The translations under genes and the position numbers were made by a program. This document shows positions 37,342 to 64,000 of a stretch of 64,000 bases of DNA, piece by piece. The stretch is from Phoronis australis. Its lineage: Eukaryota; Animalia; Phoronida. The DNA is taken from positions 199,821 to 263,820 of the forward strand of contig NMRA01000260.1 in NCBI GenBank assembly GCA_002633005.1, in the 5' to 3' direction. How positions within the stretch are numbered: the stretch's first letter is position 1; each line of letters begins with the position of its first letter. The notes beneath the pieces are model-generated. The model worked only from the letters and a program-made list of their open reading frames with translations. It made no database searches and was not told the DNA's origin.

Positions 37342-38565
37342 ATTGTAGTGCTAGGGGAACTAGGGGTCCATTTCATGAAAATTGACTTAAGTTGAAAAAT
37401 TTGTCTTAAACACCTCACAACTTTTACTGAAAATAGTTTTATCTCATATTGCCAAAAGTACAGGGTTGCTGAAAATATGCCCATAATTGGAAGTGGCTTA
37501 GATAATTGTCATAAATTATTCCCAAACTGTGATATGCTAACAATTACATAAACTTTGTAATTGGGAGCTAAGGAAAAATTTCCGACTTAGGTGTCACTTT
37601 TCATGAAACAAGCCCTAGGGTTCTCCAGTGTTCAGACTATTGGATTGGACAGTCTTCGTATGTGTGGTTACAATATGTTCAAATAGCTATTGGGAGAGAG
37701 AGGGAGGAAGGGATGGATGGAGGGAGAGGGAGAAAGAGGGAGAGAGAGAAGTTGTTTATTTGTACTTGGAGCTAGGTTGTATGATCATCATCCTACTTGT
37801 GGGTTGAATAGGAAAAAGCCGTGCAATAATGGTGTGGGTGTGATTATGGGATTTTACTTTGAATTCTTACTTTCTCAGCATTTGTTTGTACTATGTAAAC
37901 CTTGGGCTTATCATGACTGAAAATAAAATTTTTCATGCCTCTTTATNATGATGTCTAGATTGTAGTGCTAAGGGAACTAGGGGTCCGTATCATGAAAATT
38001 GACTTAAGTCGAAAAATTTGTCTTAAACACCGCTCAACTTTTACTGAAAATAGTTTTATCTCATATTGCCAAAAGTACAGGGTTGCTGAAAATATGGCCA
38101 TAATTGGAAGTGGGTCAGATAATTGTTATAAATTATTCCCAAACTGTGATATGCTAACAATTACATAAACTTTGTAATTGGGAGCTAAGGAAAAATTTTC
38201 GACTTAGGTGTCACTTTTCATGATACAAGCCCTAGGGTTCTCCAGTGCTCAGACTATTGGATTGGACAGTCTTCGTATGTGTGGTGTGGTTACAATATGT
38301 TCAAATAGCTATTGGGAGAGAGAGGGAGGGAGGGATGGATGGAGGGAGAGGGAGAAAGAGGGAGAGAGAGAAGTTGTTTATTTGTACTTGGAGCTAGGTT
38401 GTATGATCATCATCCTACTTGTGGGTTGAATAGGAAAAAGCCGTGCAATAATGGTGTGGGTGTGATTATGGGATTTTACTTTGAATTCTTACTTTCTCAG
38501 CATTTGTTTGTACTATGTAAACCTTGGGCTTATCATGACTGAAAAAAATTTTTATGCCTCTTTAT
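37331..38565. repeat. ~617-bp near-identical tandem duplication joined at an N (probable haplotype/assembly duplication)
   Basis: ATGATGTCTAGATTGTAGTGCT starts at 37331 and 37948. A single N at 37947 is exactly the junction. The copies differ by scattered SNPs and small indels. Confidence 0.9.
37364..37615. mobile_element. PIF/Harbinger-like MITE in the DPAGT1 3' UTR (second copy at about 37981-38232)
   Basis: TIRs GGGTCCATTTCATGAAAA and TTTTCATGAAACAAGCCC, with 3-bp TAG on both sides. Confidence 0.7.
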
Positions 38566-39659
38566 AATTGCTGTCCAACGTTATATCTGCTGCATTCTTT
38601 CTCAAACCACATGAAATTTTGACTGGGAAGATTTATGTACCATAGCATCCCCCTGTTAGTCATCTAAATTTTGGCAAAATATTGCTTGTTGGTCGGTTGT
38701 GATAATGGCATGCCAGATTTTGATTGAACTTGGCACAATGATTTTCAAATGGTGTCAGTTGCCTTAGCACCCTGTTGCCGGTTTTAGTGTAATTTCTTGT
38801 TAATTCTAAGACTCGATGGTTTTTGTTGAAACTTGGTTGAAATGGACTATCACCATTTCTGGCGATATTGATTTGTCTACCAGAGAACCCATACTTAAGA
38901 GTTGTTTTCAACAAGGTGCATGTTGTCCAATTTTTAAAAATTATTGCTCATTAGTAGTTGTTGCTGTTGTTATTATTATGAGATACAATAAACATTGTAG
39001 TGATAGTAACAATGAAAGGTATGAATTGATTTATATGCCAAATAAACTAAACGTTTAGTGTCATATGCACTCTACATTAGATGTGCCTCATGGATTTGTG
39101 TTAACAAACCAGCAAACATCCTCCCTTGAAATATCTTGTGGTAACTTTTTGAATGTGCTTAATACTCTCAGTTTATCTTCAGGCACCATTGCAGTAAGTT
39201 TGTTTATGAATTTGATGACTTTAATCAAACAGGTGGTAAAAGTGAATGAGTTAAGGATCATGAGGTCTCGGAAGAAGTGATCTCTGAAAGTTTAGTTGCA
39301 TTCTCAAGCATAAACTATAATCTTGGTGGACTGTAATGACTGAATTAATTGTGAAAGTGGTGTGGGTAATTGTTATTTATAATTTGTTTTATTTTTTTGT
39401 AATGTTTCAATCTTGGGGGTTTTATGTGTATTGTCATTACCACATATGTCACAATCATTTTTGGCTTTGTATTTTTGTTTGAGGAAAATATAATGAAGTG
39501 TTATTTACATAAGTGTTTTCTTCGCTTTTTAAGTCCTTCACAGCACTGAGTTGAACAAGATGAAATAGCGATTAATGAATCTTCCTGTCAAGTAATCAAT
39601 GGCCTCCATGTGGTCCAATGGGGGCTACCATGAGTGATTATGAACACCAACTTGCCATA

Positions 39660-41232
39660 TTTTTATGCTACCACATACTTAAACATGGGCGCATTATGGC
39701 ATCTTCATTGTCCGTCCAAGTGTCCACTGCTCTATCTCTAAAATCCTTTGATGTACATGAAATTTTGCAGATAGGCTCATTTCATGTATGGGATGGTATG
39801 AGTGAATTTTTAGACCGATCCAACTACTGGTGTGCCCCCTAGTGGCAATTTTAGTTCTTTCTACCTGTGTATCTTCAGAGGATTTTCATAAAATTTAGCA
39901 AATAGGTATCTTTTAGTGAGATGACACTACCTTCCCATTTTCGGATGGATTCGAGGTATTTTGCTCCACCTAGTAGTCATTTTTACTGTTTTTGAGTCTG
40001 CCCCACTGTCAACCAAACCAATCTAAGTATGATTGGAAATATTGGTATACTACTGTGAAGAGGATGGCTGACAATAATCTTTGGATAATTTTGACTACTG
40101 TGGAGCCTCCTACTGACATTTTTTGCATCCATAGCTGTCGCCTAAACCTTCCACAGGATCTTTATTTAATTTGGCAACTTTGTTAATATGAAATTGACAA
40201 TGGATGTCATTTGGATGGATCCGACTGCTGCTTTGCCATCCAAGCAGCAATTTTATTTTTATGATCATCTGTATTTTTGAGGCACCTTGATGGATTTTTA
40301 TGAAATTTAATAAATAGGGATCTATTAAAGGGACCATGACAGGTTCCTGTTTTCAGATAGATTCAATGTATAGAGGCAATTTTTATTATCATGAAATGCT
40401 GCGAATAGGTTTCTTTTAAGGAGAGAATGCCGCCTTCTCATTTTCAGACGAATTTGACGTATTCTGCACCCCCCGGTGATCATTTTAAAAATTTGCATGT
40501 TTTTGACATCACCTTATCCATCCACCAAACCGCTTGAAGGATCATTTATTAAAACTGGGATGTATGTTCCTGATGAGAAGACTGAGGTTGACGTTGATTT
40601 TTGGACAGTTCGACTATGGCACTGCCTACTGTCATTTTTTTTGCATCCACTGCTGTATCTCCTTTACCTTTTGCAAGATCTTGTGAAATTTAGCAGATGT
40701 GTTCCTATAGATGGCAATTAACAGATGACGAGTTTCAGACCAATCCAACTACAGTTGTGCTCATAGTGGCAACTTTATTTTTTATATTTAGAGTTCCTTG
40801 CTGCTTTTTCAGAGATCATTATGAAAATTGGCTGTGTTCCTACTGACAAGAAAATGACTGACGTGAATTTTCAGACAGGCCCAACTACTGTGGTGCCCTC
40901 TAATGACATCATTTTCACATCTACGACTGTCAACTAAACCCCTTGCAAGATGTTTTTGAAATTTTGCAATAGTTGTCCTATTGACTTCGCAATAGATGGA
41001 CGGATTTAACTACCGCTGAGGTTCCTAATGTCATTTTTATTTACATTTGCCTTTGTATCTTTGGAGTTCTTTGATGAATTTTCATGAAATTTGGCAAATA
41101 GCTTTGAGAAACGACGACACATTCCCCATGTATTCTGTGCCATCTAATGGCCATATGATACTAGTAAACAGCCCTAGAAGCACACCGCAGTTGTGGGTGG
41201 ATTATTTCAACATTCCATGTTGCAGTCATGGT
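39660..41232 (-). mobile_element. Helentron-associated (HINE/DINE-like) non-autonomous element with internal tandem subrepeats
   Basis: Colinear reverse complement of 58161-59955. It has a degenerate terminal hairpin (TTTTATGC..CCACAT...ATGGGCGCAT) and repeated CCCCCTAGTGGCAATTTT / GATTTTCATGAAATTTGG blocks. Confidence 0.75.
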
Positions 41233-42068
41233 AGCACTTTGCATTGTGGTTCTCCACTCCCAAAACATGGGTTTTCGTAGATGGTGCAGCCAGCATAAGG
41301 ATACGCTTTCAATGAAAAATAGACTTGTGGTTTGTTGATGCAGTAAGATTCTTTCAACACATTATTCAGTTGAACACAGAGCACAGGGGCATACAACTAG
41401 CTTCGCTAAATTCACATATGACTGTGTTACAATAACACTCACTAATCCCTAAATCACACAGCTGAAAGCTTATCTCTGGAGAGGTGGTGTAAACGAACCT
41501 TTACCACAAGTCAGAGAATACCATGCACCACAAGTGTTCTGAGCACGCACAAAGAACATTCATCGCAAGACCAGGACATTTCTTTGTTACAGATGTTCCC
41601 GCATGTGGCTTTAGCTCACCTTTCATGGTAAGGGTCCTGAGCACGGTAAGAATAGTATGGTTGAGCGGTTAGAGGATAGTGGCAAGAGTTGTGCACTACA
41701 TGGAAATAGCTCTAATATCTCCCTTGATACGGTTTAAAATTGCACATAAGGCTTCGAATCTCAATGGATTTTATTGCATATCTTGTTCCTGGTGACTTCC
41801 CTCAGTGAAAACAAGGGCGTACTGTAGAAATTCTGTCACTTTGAAATGTGTGACTTTTTAGCACTTACTTTTGGAAAGAATAGCACCCAATATACACGGA
41901 GGAGTGCTACAAGAAATTCAAAGTCCTTGCCTTGTAAAGTGTTAGGACAGTCAATTCATTGTTATCTAAGAATAGTCAACAAAATGAGAACCAATGTTAG
42001 AACTTAGAGAAGAAGTGTCGCATTATGATGCCTCCAAGCACTTCATATCATTACTGCCTGCATACGCG

Positions 42069-57499
<15,431 letters not shown>

Positions 57500-58160
57500 C
57501 TAGAAACAAAAATGCCCAAAACCACCATATACCTTGTTTCTTTATCATTTTTTATATTTTTTGACATGTAACAACACTGTCAGCCTATAAGATTCTTTCA
57601 ATATATCATTATATGCCTCAAATGGGAATCTAAATTTCAAAAAAAAACAATGAAACAAGATGGTCAAATTTCTTAACCTTCAAACCCGAATATGAGGTGC
57701 CATTTGTAAATTTATAGCACATTCTTCATGTTTACACAGTATAAATAATTGACTATTCAGTTAAAGCGATAGCTGCTACAAGCGCATGTTCGTCAAAGAA
57801 TTTAACTTTTGATTTAGACCACTTAGTGAGTACAAAATTGATCTCAATATTTGCTCCTAGCTCAGATGGGACGTGTGTCTGGCTTCGCAAAGTAAAAATT
57901 CTAGATATTCAAAATTTAATAGTTTAGCTATTCAGTTGGAGCTAAAGGTAAGTTGGGTAAGACCATGCCAATTGCAAAATGGCAGTATCCTTGCTGGTAC
58001 AAAATAAGCAAATCCCAAAGCATCAAACATGTTGTCACTGAGAAATCTAATCAACATCAGACATAAATTTATATTTTTTTCATTTTTCTAAGGCTTTTCT
58101 TCTTGTCAAGGACCACAATTTCTAAAAACATTGTCTGACATCAGCTGTGGTACAGCATTT

Positions 58161-59955
58161 AACAAGAGCAATGCAGAGTGTTGAAATGCGCCCATGCCTG
58201 CACCGCAAACAGTATGCTTCTATGTTTATTAGTATCATAAAAATGGTCATTGGATGGCAGAGAATACATTGAACCCATCAGAAAATGGGAATTCGCTATC
58301 ATCTCCATTTGCCAAATTTCACGGCAACCTATCAAAAAACTCCAAAGATACAATAGGCAAACGCAAAAAAAACAACAAATGGCCATTAGGAACCACAGCA
58401 GTAGTCTAATCTGTCCACCTGTTGTCAAGTTAATAGGAAATCAATGCAGCTGCAAAGTTTCAAAAACATCTCGCAAAAGGGTTTAGGTGGTCAGCCGTAG
58501 ATGCGAAAAAAGTGTCAATAGGGGGTACCACAGTAGTTAGACACATCTGAAAGTCTATGTCAGTCTACTAACGTCAGTACAAACACACCTGCCAATTATC
58601 ATAATGATCATCTGTAGTTTGGCAAATACGGAAGCAGACGGCAAAGTCAGACTAAAACATAATTCAAATTGCCAGTTCGTGCAGCATACGTCGAACCTAT
58701 CACAAAATGGAAAGGTGCCGTCATCTTGATAACAGAAACTTGTTTGCCAAATTTCACGAAAAAGCATCAAGCAACTCGGAAGTTACAGAGGCAAAATTAA
58801 AAATAAAATTGCCACCAGGGAGCGCAGCTGTAGCTGGACTGATCTGAAACTCACCGTCATCTGATACCATCTTTATAGGAACAAATCTGCCAAATTTCAC
58901 AAAGATCTTGCAACGGGTAAAGGAAATGCAGTCATGGATGCAAAAAACGGAATTGCCAGTGTAGTCAAACACATCTACAAAATCAACGTCAGTCTCGGTC
59001 TTCTCTTGGAGAACAAATGCCCTAATTTTAATAACGATCCTTCAAGCGGTTTGGCGGATGGAGAGGGTGACATCAAAAAAGTACTCAGGAAACTTTTTAA
59101 ATGACCAATTTAATCCATCCGAAAATGAGGTGTCGCCATCTCCTTTATAGAAACCTATTTGCAAAATTTCATGATGATAAAAACGGCTACCATACGTCTA
59201 ATCTATCTGAAAATGGGAACCTGTTATCGTCTCATTAATAGAAAACCTATTTATAAAATTTCATAAATGATACAGAATACAGCTGAAAAAATAAAATTGC
59301 CAATACGGGGGTAGAGTGGTACAGTAGCTGGATCTGCCTAAATGTCGCCACCACACATCACCAACTTCTTATAAACACAAGAGCCTCCTTTCACAAAGAT
59401 AACTGCAGGGGGTATAGGAGATACACCCATGCACGCTAAAAAAAAAAAAAAATTGCCACTAGGAGGCGTCACAGTAGTTGAAATCCTCCAAAAATCATCA
59501 GAGGTCCAATTTGAAGTTGGAACACATAAATATGCTAATTTCCACTCATTCTTAGAGTGCTTTGGTTGATAGAAGGGTGGACAACAAAAAACAGACTTGA
59601 AAACAGTAAAAATGGCCACTAGGTAGCACAAAATACGTCAAATCTATCCAAAAACAGAAAGGTAGTATTATCTCACTAATAAATACCTATTTGCTATATT
59701 TTATGAAAATTTGTTAAGGACCTCTGAAGAGATGTAAACCTAAAAAACTGACATTGCCACTAAGGGACACTACGGTGGTCCGAACCATACGAAAATTCGC
59801 TCATGCTATCACATCCATGAATTAAACATATCTTCAAATATTCATGAACATACATTGATGGGCTTTGGAGATAGAGCAGCGGACACCAGATGAACATCGG
59901 ACAGACGGACAGGTATGACGGCATAAATGTGCCCACATACGTGGACGCATAAAAA
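58161..59955 (+). mobile_element. Long HINE/DINE-like element with many internal ~120-150-bp subrepeats
   Basis: It starts AACAAGAGCAATGCAGAGTGTTGAAATGCGCCCA and repeats AAAATTGCCACTAGG..GTAGT..ATC / CCAAATTTCA blocks. It ends with a (GGAC)-like tract and the hairpin ATGTGCCCAC-ATAC-GTGGACGCAT-AAAAA. Confidence 0.8.
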
Positions 59956-61330
59956 TTATTAAGCTATTGCTTTTCATGAAACCTTGAAATGTCACTTGTC
60001 TGCCATATTTTGTCCTAAATTAATGACATTTTACCGTAGAGTTGTACTAACCTATTTAAATCTGAACAGCCATTTCCGACATAGCGATGTCATGTTAAAG
60101 TTTGCTACATCCCGAGATGGACAGAGATTTCAAAACAAAGGCAAATCACAGCCTTATTTAAATTCTTTGCCATCCCCATGCCATCAAATCTCTTTAACAG
60201 TAGTTGGATGTACAGCTCTCGTATGAGATCTAAAACCTTTAGCCAATTCTATTCGAAATTGTTGCAAGTTAATACTAGTATATTAGGTGCTATGGCAGAA
60301 CTCATTTTGTGTGAGTGTCTAGCGGAGATAAGCACAAGGATTGATTTGACTTGTAAATTTACTGCAATTTTTCATGGAAGAGAACAGATTAGTGTAGTTG
60401 TAAAAGTGTCATTTGTGAGAGGTAAATGTATCATTCATGGGGGCATTCGTTGTTCTTGATATCCTTGGTGCAAAGCTGTATACAAGAAATATTTTGACGA
60501 CAGCCTTCATACAGCTAGCTGGCTGGTTAGCTATGTCCTTGTGTGAGGACTCGCAATTTTCAACAATTGTTACTAATTCCTACATCTCGCAACAGAGGCA
60601 GGTTCTCAGATCAAGGTGAAGTTCGTCATAAGAATTTCACTATTTAAGGATGAAAGGACAACTTACAGAACAATCTCCTGAATAGGAGAATTTGAGTTCA
60701 AACATATGGAAATAAATGGGACAAAAGCTGGCTGACAGTTTCGTAGTAACTTCCTAGCATGGAATACAATGAAGTACCCCCACAGAAGATGTCGACATCA
60801 CGCCCCGAATGGACACTATGACTTAAATTTAAAATCCCCTGTTAAGACACACTGCTCAGCATTTAGACACCCTGTTCACCATTTGAACCCCAAAGTAAAG
60901 AAAGCAAGTAGGCATTGTTGTCTCTTTTAACTTGTTATCACCACCCCTGGGAGCTCAATGGCCTTTTCAGATTCATTTCCTTTCATTAACAATTTTCTGT
61001 TTATTTTGTGAAAATAGAAGCATTTACCACAACACACACGTGCTTAAATTACAACAGGAAGTAAGCAGATGGAAGTCAGAGTTGTTCTGCAAAAATCTGG
61101 CAAGACCGATGAAATACATGCCACCAGTATATGCGACCATCTGCATTCTATGGTTTGTTTGTTGCCGGGAGAATTGGACTTAGAGCATGAGTGTTCATAT
61201 AAGGGAAGAACTTGGAGCGGTTCACTTAAGATATTGATAATGGGGCACAGCAGTACAAACTCTTTTAAGTTTTTTTAATTGACAATTATTACGCTGAACC
61301 AGCAACATGGGAAACCCGGTATTTTTAGTT

Positions 61331-61390
61331 TTGGCAACCTCAGACTTTCTTTGGCAACCTCAGACTTTCTTTGGCGACCTCAGATTTTTG
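61331..61390. repeat. 20-bp tandem repeat x3 within a dispersed repeat (related copy at about 63665-63730)
   Basis: TTGGCAACCTCAGACTTTCT x3, followed by CCAGGTCGCCAAATG. Confidence 0.8.
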
Positions 61391-61587
61391 CCAGGTCGCC
61401 AAATGTGGCTTGACATAAAGCTAAGTGTCAAGCGCTCCATTCCAACTCAAGCTGCCATTAACCTGTTATTAAAGTTCTGACAGTAGAATGAAATGGCACA
61501 GCCAACATGTGAAGACTTTTAAACCTCATACAGTAATGTTGAGCATCTGACAGTGTCATTAAAGCATTTTAATGTTTATAAACTGCC

Positions 61588-61675
61588 AGGGCCAATGTGG
61601 GAATCGAACCTACACTGGGCTGACTGCACATACATCAGTTAACAAGTGGCTGAATCGTATGAGCCAAAGAGCAAC
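61588..61675 (-). mobile_element. tRNA-derived SINE head
   Basis: The minus strand reads TGGCTCATACGATT...GTAGGTTCGATTCCCAC (clear B box). Confidence 0.45.
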
Positions 61676-63459
61676 TTACGGTAGATATTAATTTCATCTA
61701 CAACGCTGCTGTCATTTTTCGAAAGCATTGTGGGATGGTTTTTCAGCTTGTAAAAAATGGGAGATATTGCATCTAAATTGACAGAGCACAGCCTGGCAGA
61801 ACTCTACATCATTTCACAAGAGTACAGAAGAACTGAAAGCACATTTCCACTGCTGCATGCTGGTGTGAGTACAAATAAGCCACTATCAAGCACAAATGAA
61901 ATGCTGAATGCGAGCCCCAAAATGAATGGAACAAGTAATTACACATTTATTAGAAATTTACTCGTTTCTGGGGCTATGTGCGCGAAATATGATTTGTCTT
62001 TCACACGTTGTTGCTAACGCAAAGTGTAGGCCTACTCCAGCGATTCAAGTACTTGAACTCGTGCGTGCGCACCACTTCAAAGCTGCACATCAAAAGAGAA
62101 CAGCGACAGAGTCCTAAATGAAAGAGTGTAACGGCTTGACTGTAAATCATCCGGGTGTCAGTGGTTTATTTGAAAATAAACTCATAGATTTCCCGACAGT
62201 TATAAAAGCCCCGATATAGTAACCCAAAACTGATGTTTTCCTGTTCCGATGTTTGCCGAGGTCGATGTTCCCTAAACCCTATATTCTATGCCCATAGCCA
62301 GCTATTGCAACTAAACGGGTACTAGATGCAAAATTGTGGTCAGCGAACTTTTTATTCTTCTCTTCATACACCCTCCTCCCCCCGCAACTTTTCGCTCCCC
62401 GGACCACCGTCGCCGTAAAATGTTCAGACTCCAATAGAAACAATCTTGTTCCGGCTGAAGCCGGCAATTAAAAACAAAATTATTCTGGGTGGCTAAAAAG
62501 GGTACAGTGTAGGTGGTAACGATATCCAGAAAGCCACCCCTACTAGATGGAGATTGCCTTGCAAAATCACATTGTTATAACGTTTCTTACCATTGCAGTC
62601 TTCCAGTACCTTATTACTGCAAACACTCAGTTTAACCACTGTGCTCACGCACAAGCCTACTCCCTACCTTTGAAGTGTTTCATAATAAGCGCTCACTGAT
62701 CTACTAAGCATTCCCCCTCAACTTTTGAGAATTTCCAATTAAGCGCCCACAGTTCAGGCTGGCGCTCATCATAGCGCACTCCAAACGACAGCGCGTGGTT
62801 TAAAATTGACACGCAGCCTATATGGTGTGTCACTCTCATTTTAAAACAAATTCAGTTTTCAAAAACCGTCGATTCTCAACATGTAAAAACCAAATCCCGG
62901 CTTTGTTTTATACCTCCGAAAGAATGTTACCACTAGTCACATGAGTGTCATTTTGCGACTGACCTATTTTTCCCGTACTTGGAGGGTATTGAGGAGCAAG
63001 CTCGCCATTACCTGATGGAAACCCGCACGGAGGGAATCGGGAATTATTTCGAGGCTATTCATTTCATGGAAAACTAATTGTTGAGTACGTAAACAGCATA
63101 AGTACCACATTTTTGTGGTGGAATTTGCACCAAATTGTTCCTGCACATCCAAATAGGTCATTCGGTTAGGGCATCGTTTCACGGATTTTTTCGATAGATA
63201 TTTTTCAAACATTGAGTTAAGATGCAAATTTTGGGCTGCGAACAAAAAGTGGAGGGAATTTGCACACCGAGTTAGTTTGAATCTTTAACGACTTTGATGA
63301 CCGCCAGCAGCATGTCAGACCTAGCAAAATCCCGGATACTTTTTCAATGGGCATTTTCTCCCTATTCACATCGCAAACTTAGCTACTCGAATGCACATGT
63401 CAGTTAGAGAGCACTGATTCAACTTTCACGTCGGCAACTTGCCTTGCACTCTAAAGCCT

Positions 63460-63556
63460 TTCAATGGCGGCCGTGAAGAACAGTAACGCCGTACTTGTAT
63501 GAACGAAGTCAATTTTGCAATCTGAAATTTGTGAGTATTTAACGCTGCAGGTAAGA
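63460..63556 (+). other. Candidate non-coding first exon of a gene divergent from RECQL
   Basis: CpG-richer region with YY1-like AATGGCGGC at about 63463, followed by a strong donor CAG|GTAAGA at 63550/63551. Confidence 0.3.
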
Positions 63557-64000
63557 GCATAATCTAAACATTTTCACGATGATCTGAAAAATAAATTTTG
63601 GTGCGTAAAAATGGCGGGAAAATTTTGCGGCCTGGCATTTATGAATGCGAGCTGGATTTTGAAAATGCGACTTGGGATTTTGGCTAGGTCGCAAAATGCA
63701 ACCTGGCGATGTTAATGGCGTCGAGCCCTGATGCGGGATGTGAAATTCGTCACCTTCCCAACATCAGTGAGAGACACGATAATGTATCTGATATCCAAAA
63801 CGAGGTCACAGACTTTTTTAACCCTGGACAAAAGAAAGTTCTACCACCTTGTAATTTGGGACGCCACTATATTCCGGTACTTAGCAACAATTGAAATCGG
63901 GAATATTTCGACGACCATACATCTCGACGTTTTCCAACATGATCTAAGAAAATGTACCAGACATTCCAAAACTTGGCCAATGAAAACAATGCGCTTTCTT

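Noticed and set aside
37690-38542. Two near-identical 76-aa ORFs suggesting a duplicated small gene
   Set aside because: They lie in 3' UTR sequence duplicated across an assembly N, have non-ATG starts and show no recognisable homology.
62964-63245. ORF containing MASLLL as RECQL exon 1
   Set aside because: The nearby donors do not give the phase needed to join the 62616 or 57499 acceptors in frame.

Overview
This is AT-rich, intron-rich animal (invertebrate-type) genomic DNA, not a prokaryotic window. Single-N joins occur at 2072, 26456, 37947 and 55452. Three protein-coding genes can be reconstructed by hand. (1) An intronless histone H2A.X (24687-25085, minus strand, SQEY tail, 3' histone stem-loop). 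(2) A 7-exon DPAGT1/ALG7 GlcNAc-1-P transferase (25394-37341, plus strand, 410 aa), head-to-head with H2A.X with only 308 bp between start codons. (3) A RECQL/RecQ1 helicase on the minus strand (at least 10 coding exons, 57499 down to about 42069/42226; first exon unresolved) whose last exon appears to contain a 1-nt frameshift. The first ~24 kb has no recognisable host gene and is mostly transposon debris: a 5'-truncated L1/Tx1 LINE with TSD, a Penelope-like element with inverted LTR-like ends carrying U3-A8 variant minimal hammerhead-ribozyme-like motifs, a decayed hAT-like transposase, MITEs and tandem repeats. Helentron-associated (HINE/DINE-like) elements with internal tandem subrepeats lie in and beside RECQL, one as a three-level nest. 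I did not find a clearly new biological system. The best leads are the H2A.X-DPAGT1 bidirectional locus, the Penelope hammerhead motifs and the RECQL alternative-frame tail.
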